Assembly (NCBI GenBank): GCA_017533175.1
Contig: JAFXIJ010000010.1
Span: forward strand, 9,678-73,677
DNA length: 64,000 nucleotides
DNA from: Clostridia bacterium
GTDB lineage: Bacteria; Bacillota; Clostridia; Oscillospirales; Acutalibacteraceae
Direction of reading: 5' to 3'
The first letter of the stretch is position 1. Each line of letters opens with the position of its first letter. The notes under the pieces were generated by a model that had not been told where the DNA came from, did not search any database, and saw only the letters and a list, made by a program, of their open reading frames with translations. Below are positions 59,757 through 64,000 of the stretch, piece after piece. Both the position numbers and the translations under genes were made by a program.

Positions 59757-61406
59757 ATGAATAGAAAATCAAATTTAAAAAGAGAAAACAAAACTTCCTT
59801 TTTAAAGAATGTTTTAATGCTTATGTTTTCTCAAATAGCGGTAAAGGCACTCGGACTTATATACCGTGTGGTTATCGTAGATGTTGAGAATTTTGGAAAT
59901 GTAGGAAACGGATATTACGCTACGGGATATCAGATATATATGATATTGCTGGCGATATCCTCACTCGGCATACCTAATGTGCTTTCAAAGCTTGTATCAG
60001 AGCGTGTTGCAAGGGGAGATTACAGGTCAGCACACAGAGTTTTCAAGCTGTCACTTTATATGTTTGGCTTGTTTGGAGTATTTTTAGCACTTGTTTTATT
60101 CTTTGGCGCCGAGTTTATTTCGGCAAATCTGCTAAGAGCCGACGGAGTAAAATATACCCTTATGGTTTTATCTCCCGCTTTGGCTATTGTTCCGATTTCT
60201 GCGGTGCTAAGAGGATACTTTGCAGGTCTTGGAAGCATGAAGGCTAACAGCACCTCTCAGGTAATCGAACAGTTTTTTAATTGCGTGCTGTCAATAGGAT
60301 TTGTATATGCTTGCATAGGAAAAGATACCGCAATTATGGCGGCGGCTGGCAATCTTTCGACCACATGCGCATGCTTAATTGCATTGTTTTATTTGATTTT
60401 GTTCTATAAAAAGAGAAGGGGCGACCTGCTGACAGAGTGTGCGTCACAGACCGATTTAATAAGCAACGAAACCGATAAAAAGCTTATAAAAGCTATCCTT
60501 ACTCTTTGTATTCCTTTGACACTCAGCTCGCTTATTTCTACCGCTGCTGCAACCATAGATACCGTTACGGTAAGTAACTGCATACAGTCGGCGCTTTCTT
60601 CTACAATATCGAATGCCGCATTGTTAGAGGAAAAGGCTATGGAGCTTTACGGTATTTTACAAAAGTGTGAAACCTTAACCCATCTTCCGCTTGCTGTGAG
60701 TGCAACGCTTTGTACGGCGATTGTCCCCGTAATAGCTGCTGCAATAGCAAAAAAGGATGAGGAGGAGGCAAAGAGGAAGATTTCCTTGGCGTCATTAATC
60801 AGCTGTCTTGTCATTTTCCCGTGCACAGGCGGATTTATAGCACTTTCATCGCCGATTTTAAAGCTTTTGTATCCTAGCGTGCCTGATGGCGAGCTCGTCT
60901 TTATTCTGCTTTCTACCGTGTTACCCTTGGCGGCACTGACGCAGCTTTTAAACGGGGTGTTTTACGGCATTGGAAAGCAGATGGTTCCCGCAATAGCTCT
61001 TGGTATCGGCTCGGTAGTAAAGCTTGTCTTAAACCTTACCCTTATGAGTATTCCAAGCCTTAATATTTACGGCGCGGTTATAGGTACAATAGCTTATCAT
61101 ATTGTGACCTTTATAATTCAGATAGTAATGGTCTTTAAGTATGTGAAAATAAAGCCCGATTTAGTAAAAATTGTCTTAAAACCGCTACTTTCGGCAACCG
61201 TAATGTCTGTGGTTGTCTATGCCTTCTATAAGCTGGTTGTTACGTTTACAGGAAACTCGGTAGCCACACTTGTTTCAATAGCCGTGGGCGTGCTTGTGTA
61301 TGTTGCAGTTTTACTGCTTGTTCGCACGGTGGAGCAAGAGGATATAAAGGGAATGCCGATGGGCGATAAAATTGCAAGATTACTTGCAAAATTAAGGTTA
61401 ATATAA
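59757..61406 (+). CDS. MOP-superfamily flippase (polysaccharide biosynthesis protein; SpoVB/MurJ-like)
   Basis: 549 aa with about 14 TM segments, and a size and topology typical of SpoVB/MurJ-type proteins. Confidence 0.65.
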   Translation: MNRKSNLKRENKTSFLKNVLMLMFSQIAVKALGLIYRVVIVDVENFGNVGNGYYATGYQIYMILLAISSLGIPNVLSKLVSERVARGDYRSAHRVFKLSLYMFGLFGVFLALVLFFGAEFISANLLRADGVKYTLMVLSPALAIVPISAVLRGYFAGLGSMKANSTSQVIEQFFNCVLSIGFVYACIGKDTAIMAAAGNLSTTCACLIALFYLILFYKKRRGDLLTECASQTDLISNETDKKLIKAILTLCIPLTLSSLISTAAATIDTVTVSNCIQSALSSTISNAALLEEKAMELYGILQKCETLTHLPLAVSATLCTAIVPVIAAAIAKKDEEEAKRKISLASLISCLVIFPCTGGFIALSSPILKLLYPSVPDGELVFILLSTVLPLAALTQLLNGVFYGIGKQMVPAIALGIGSVVKLVLNLTLMSIPSLNIYGAVIGTIAYHIVTFIIQIVMVFKYVKIKPDLVKIVLKPLLSATVMSVVVYAFYKLVVTFTGNSVATLVSIAVGVLVYVAVLLLVRTVEQEDIKGMPMGDKIARLLAKLRLI

Positions 61407-62048
61407 ATGATTAAATATGTGTTTTTTGATTTAGACGGCACGATTATTGACTCGTGCGAAGGCGTAACCAATGCGGTAGCTTATTCTCTTAAAAAGTTCA
61501 ATATACCAATAAAGAGCAGGGAAAGTCTTAAAAGCTTTATAGGTCCTCCGCTTGTTGATTCTTATATGCAGTATTGCAGCTTCGATAGAGAGCGTGCGCT
61601 TAAAGTGGTAGAAACATACCGCGAATATTACAGAGAAATCGGAATATTCGAATTTAAGGTATATGACGGAATAAAGGAGTTATTGCAAAATTTAAGGCAA
61701 AGAGGTTTAAAGCTTTTTATCGCAACCTCTAAGCCTGAAGTTTTTGCAAAACAAATATTAAACAAGGCGGGACTAGAAGGGGAATTCAAGGGCATTTTCG
61801 GTGCCACGCTTGATTCTTCAAGGGTCCATAAGACCGATGTTATTTCTTACGCCTTAGACTCACTTTCCTTAAATGATACAGCCGAGGCGATTATGGTAGG
61901 GGACACATGCTTTGATGTTTTAGGCGCAAAATCTCTTGGTATGTCTTCTGTCGGCGTAACCTACGGCTATGGTGATATTGATGAATTAAACAGCTCAGCA
62001 CCCGATTATATAGTAAACACTCCCTTAGAAATTCTTGAAATTCTTTAA
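61407..62048 (+). CDS. HAD-family hydrolase (phosphoglycolate phosphatase-like)
   Basis: 213 aa with motif I FFDLDGTIIDS, TSKP and GDTCFD. Confidence 0.85.
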   Translation: MIKYVFFDLDGTIIDSCEGVTNAVAYSLKKFNIPIKSRESLKSFIGPPLVDSYMQYCSFDRERALKVVETYREYYREIGIFEFKVYDGIKELLQNLRQRGLKLFIATSKPEVFAKQILNKAGLEGEFKGIFGATLDSSRVHKTDVISYALDSLSLNDTAEAIMVGDTCFDVLGAKSLGMSSVGVTYGYGDIDELNSSAPDYIVNTPLEILEIL

Positions 62049-62061
62049 TAATAAACATAAA

Positions 62062-62097
62062 AAAAGTCGCAGCAGGCTGTAACCTGTTGCGACTTTT
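62062..62097. terminator. Bidirectional terminator between HAD gene and CofE-like gene
   Basis: AAAAGTCGCAGCAGG-ctgtaa-CCTGTTGCGACTTTT. Confidence 0.85.
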
Positions 62098-62101
62098 AAA
62101 C

Positions 62102-63295
62102 TTATTCGGTTGTGTAGTTATCAAAATAACCTTGAATGAATACTATCGGAGTACCTTTGTCACCTGAGCCCGAGGTCAAATCGCACAGAGAACCGATAAG
62201 GTCGGTAAGTCTTCTAGGCGTAGTACCCTCAGAAGCCATCTGACCGTAAAGGTCGCTGTCCTTTTCTTGAATCTTGCTCTTTATGGCTTTTTTAAGCTCC
62301 TCACCAGACAGAGCAGAGAAATCATTATCAGCAAGGTATTTAAGTTTAAGCTCGTTGGGAGTGCCTTCAAGTCCCGCAGTATAGGCTGGGGAAACAACCG
62401 GGTCAGCAAGCTCCCAAATTTTACCTACGGGGTCCTTAAATGCACCGTCACCGTAAACCATAACCTCAATGTTCTTGCCGGTTGCATCATAAAGCTTCTT
62501 CTGAATAGCATCTACTATCGGCTGACAATCACGGGGGAAGAGCTTAACCTTGTCCTCGGTTGCCTTGTTTGAGCCTAAAAGGCCGTAATCCGCATTGAAA
62601 CCACTATCATTAATAGGTGCGTTCAGAATCTCATCAAGACCTAAAACAATCTCACCGCCTGCGGCTTTAAGAATACGCTTTGTACGTGCTCTTGTATGAA
62701 TATCACAGCAAAGCACATTTTTTGTGTAGTTTAAAATAGCCTTTGGATTGTTTGCAAATATTATTTCGCATTCAGCACCGCTTTCACGAATCAGTGACTC
62801 ATAATATTCAACATAGTCAATTCCCGTAAAGGTGTGCTTTTCATAACCAAAAAGCTCACGATATTTTTCAAGAGTTAAAATGTCTTTGTAGGGGTCAACA
62901 CCCTTGTCATCTATTGCATCTAACGTGATAAGATGGTTGCCAACCTCATCTGACGGATAGGAAAGCATCAAAACTATCTTTTTAGCTCCCTTTGCAATAC
63001 CGCGAAGACAAATAGCAAAGCGGTTACGGCTCAAAATAGGGAATATAACACCAACAGTGTTACCGCCGAATTTTGTTTTAACATCCAGAGCAATATCATC
63101 TACGGTTGCATAGTTACCCTGTGCCCTTGCAACAATAGCCTCGGTCATAGCAACTATATCTCTGTCGTTAAATGTAAAGCCTGCATCCTTTGATGCATCA
63201 AGAACAGAGGAGGTTACAACCTCTACTATATCATCTCCGGCTTTGATAATGGGTGCTCTTACACCTCGTGAAACTGTGCCTATCGCACGACTCAT
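62102..63295 (-). CDS. CofE-like (F420-0:gamma-glutamyl ligase family) protein
   Basis: 397 aa from ATG 63295, with GGAG 9 nt upstream. The N-terminus IGTVSRGVRAPIIKAGDDIVEVV and the overall length resemble Clostridial proteins annotated as F420 ligase homologues (memory-based). Confidence 0.5.
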   Translation of the reverse strand: MSRAIGTVSRGVRAPIIKAGDDIVEVVTSSVLDASKDAGFTFNDRDIVAMTEAIVARAQGNYATVDDIALDVKTKFGGNTVGVIFPILSRNRFAICLRGIAKGAKKIVLMLSYPSDEVGNHLITLDAIDDKGVDPYKDILTLEKYRELFGYEKHTFTGIDYVEYYESLIRESGAECEIIFANNPKAILNYTKNVLCCDIHTRARTKRILKAAGGEIVLGLDEILNAPINDSGFNADYGLLGSNKATEDKVKLFPRDCQPIVDAIQKKLYDATGKNIEVMVYGDGAFKDPVGKIWELADPVVSPAYTAGLEGTPNELKLKYLADNDFSALSGEELKKAIKSKIQEKDSDLYGQMASEGTTPRRLTDLIGSLCDLTSGSGDKGTPIVFIQGYFDNYTTE

Positions 63296-63509
63296 ACAGA
63301 ACAACTCCTTTATAAATAGGGCAAAGCATTTAATCTACCCTTTAACACAGAATAGATTATATCACTATAACATTAAGTTTTCAATATTTTTTCTTAAAAA
63401 ATATATAATTTTATAAATAACAAAATTTTTCTAATATTATTTGAAGAAATTAATAAAAAACTCTTTATTTTTTTCAAAAAGTGTGGTTTAATATAATATA
63501 AGAAAATTT

Positions 63510-63586
63510 GGAGGCATAGCTCAGTTGGTTAGAGTACTTGCTTGACATGCAAGGGGTCACCGGTTCAAGTCCAGTTGTCTCCACCA
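63510..63586 (+). tRNA. tRNA-Val (anticodon GAC), CCA encoded
   Basis: Manual cloverleaf: acceptor GGAGGCA/TGTCTCC, D arm GCTC-AGTTGGTTA-GAGT, and anticodon stem CTTGC/GCAAG with loop TTGACAT. The T arm is ACCGG-TTCAAGT-CCAGT with one C-A mismatch. Discriminator A plus CCA. Confidence 0.9.
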
Positions 63587-63624
63587 GAAAAAGAAAGACA
63601 CGCAGTAGCGTGTCTTTCTTTTTC
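63587..63624 (+). terminator. Terminator immediately after tRNA-Val
   Basis: GAAAAAGAAAGACACGC-agta-GCGTGTCTTTCTTTTTC. Confidence 0.85.
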
Positions 63625-63628
63625 AACT

Positions 63629-63792
63629 AAATCCGTCCTTACGGACGGGTGAAATCCTCACTTTGTTCGGGTGAAATCACTTCGTGATGAAATCCGACTC
63701 CGTCGGGTTAGGGGACGGATTTAATTTCATCTGCGCAGCAGATTTCATCCGAGCAACGCTTGGATTTCATCGTGCATTAGCACGATTTCATT
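63629..63792 (+). repeat. Array of seven mini-hairpins with ATC...G(A/G)T closing pairs, in two inverted blocks (GAA-linked, then TTC-linked)
   Basis: Hairpins are H1 63631-63650, H2 63654-63672 (degenerate), H3 63676-63688, H4 63692-63708, H5 63729-63743, H6 63747-63765 and H7 63769-63786. The linkers are exactly GAA (63651, 63673, 63689) or TTC (63726, 63744, 63766, 63787). See findings. Confidence 0.8.
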
Positions 63793-63797
63793 AAACC

Positions 63798-63826
63798 TTG
63801 CGGCTTTGCCGCTTTTATGCTATAAT
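63798..63826 (+). promoter_or_regulatory. Sigma-A promoter of the window-end gene
   Basis: TTGCGG-17 nt-TATAAT, with TGc extended -10. The spacer contains hairpin GCGGC-ttt-GCCGC. Confidence 0.55.
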
Positions 63827-63848
63827 ACACTTAAAGGTCGGTGATGAT

Positions 63849-64000
63849 ATGAAAAAAATCAGCCAAGGCAAATATGAGCTTTTTACCACAAAAGCGGATG
63901 CGATAGATAAGTTTATGCAATTGCAAGGTATTTGTAGAGAAGAAATTAGCGGTGAAAAGCCTATTGATTTTTACTGCACTAAAAAAGGCAAAATTATCAT
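63849..64000 (+). CDS. Hypothetical protein, 3'-truncated by window end
   Basis: The ATG lies 23 nt downstream of a consensus promoter and the frame stays open to the window end (MKKISQGKYELFTTKADAIDKFMQLQGICREEISGEKPIDFYCTKKGKII...). The RBS is weak (AAAGGTCGGTGA). Confidence 0.45.
   Translation, partial: MKKISQGKYELFTTKADAIDKFMQLQGICREEISGEKPIDFYCTKKGKII

Noticed and set aside
63629-63792. Considered whether the repeat array is a CRISPR array.
   Set aside because: The conserved unit is only 9 nt and the variable parts are 10-14 nt self-complementary stems. Orientation flips mid-array and no cas genes are in the window.
63687-63794. 35-aa ORF (MKSDSVGLGDGFNFICAADFIRATLGFHRALARFH) running through the hairpin array.
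   Set aside because: It has no RBS, lies between a terminator and the next promoter, and its periodicity is explained by the nucleotide-level hairpin grammar rather than by codon structure.

Overview
This is a low-GC, spore-forming Firmicutes (Clostridia-like) chromosomal segment with about 65 densely packed genes. I saw no integrase, transposase, CRISPR array or recognisable defence genes.

**1-13.9 kb: accessory carbohydrate locus.**
- It holds two separate CUT1-type ABC permease pairs and two lipid-anchored or giant solute-binding proteins. One of these carries CBM6/35-like modules.
- Between the two transporters sit an unusual NHL-propeller/TPR/Yip1-like membrane protein and a 736-aa lipoprotein of unknown function.
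- A leaderless beta-helix (pectate-lyase-fold) protein closes the locus.
- The window contains no ATPase or regulator gene for this locus.

**The rest of the window is core housekeeping.**
- Plus strand, first block: rplS-lepB-rbgA-rnhB-yraN, thrC, tig-clpP-clpX.
- An argGCJBDF operon with clear ARG-box operators.
- A tightly coupled minus-strand operon: pduL-hemW-phosphatase-small ORF-secreted nuclease.
- Plus strand, second block: nfeD-SPFH, cysK, recJ-relA-dtd, hemZ, mtnN.
- The sporulation-associated block mazG-hup-yabO-yabP-yabQ-divIC-yabR.
- groESL, nagA-ROK, an SOS-box-controlled dinB divergent from lepA, a SpoVB/MurJ-like flippase, and tRNA-Val.

**Most unexplained structure.** A roughly 165-nt array of seven mini-hairpins lies between the tRNA-Val terminator and the next promoter (63629-63792). 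The hairpins share a strict ATC...GAT / GAA|TTC grammar and form two inverted blocks.

**Limits.** All functional calls rest on motifs and synteny read by eye. No database search was run.
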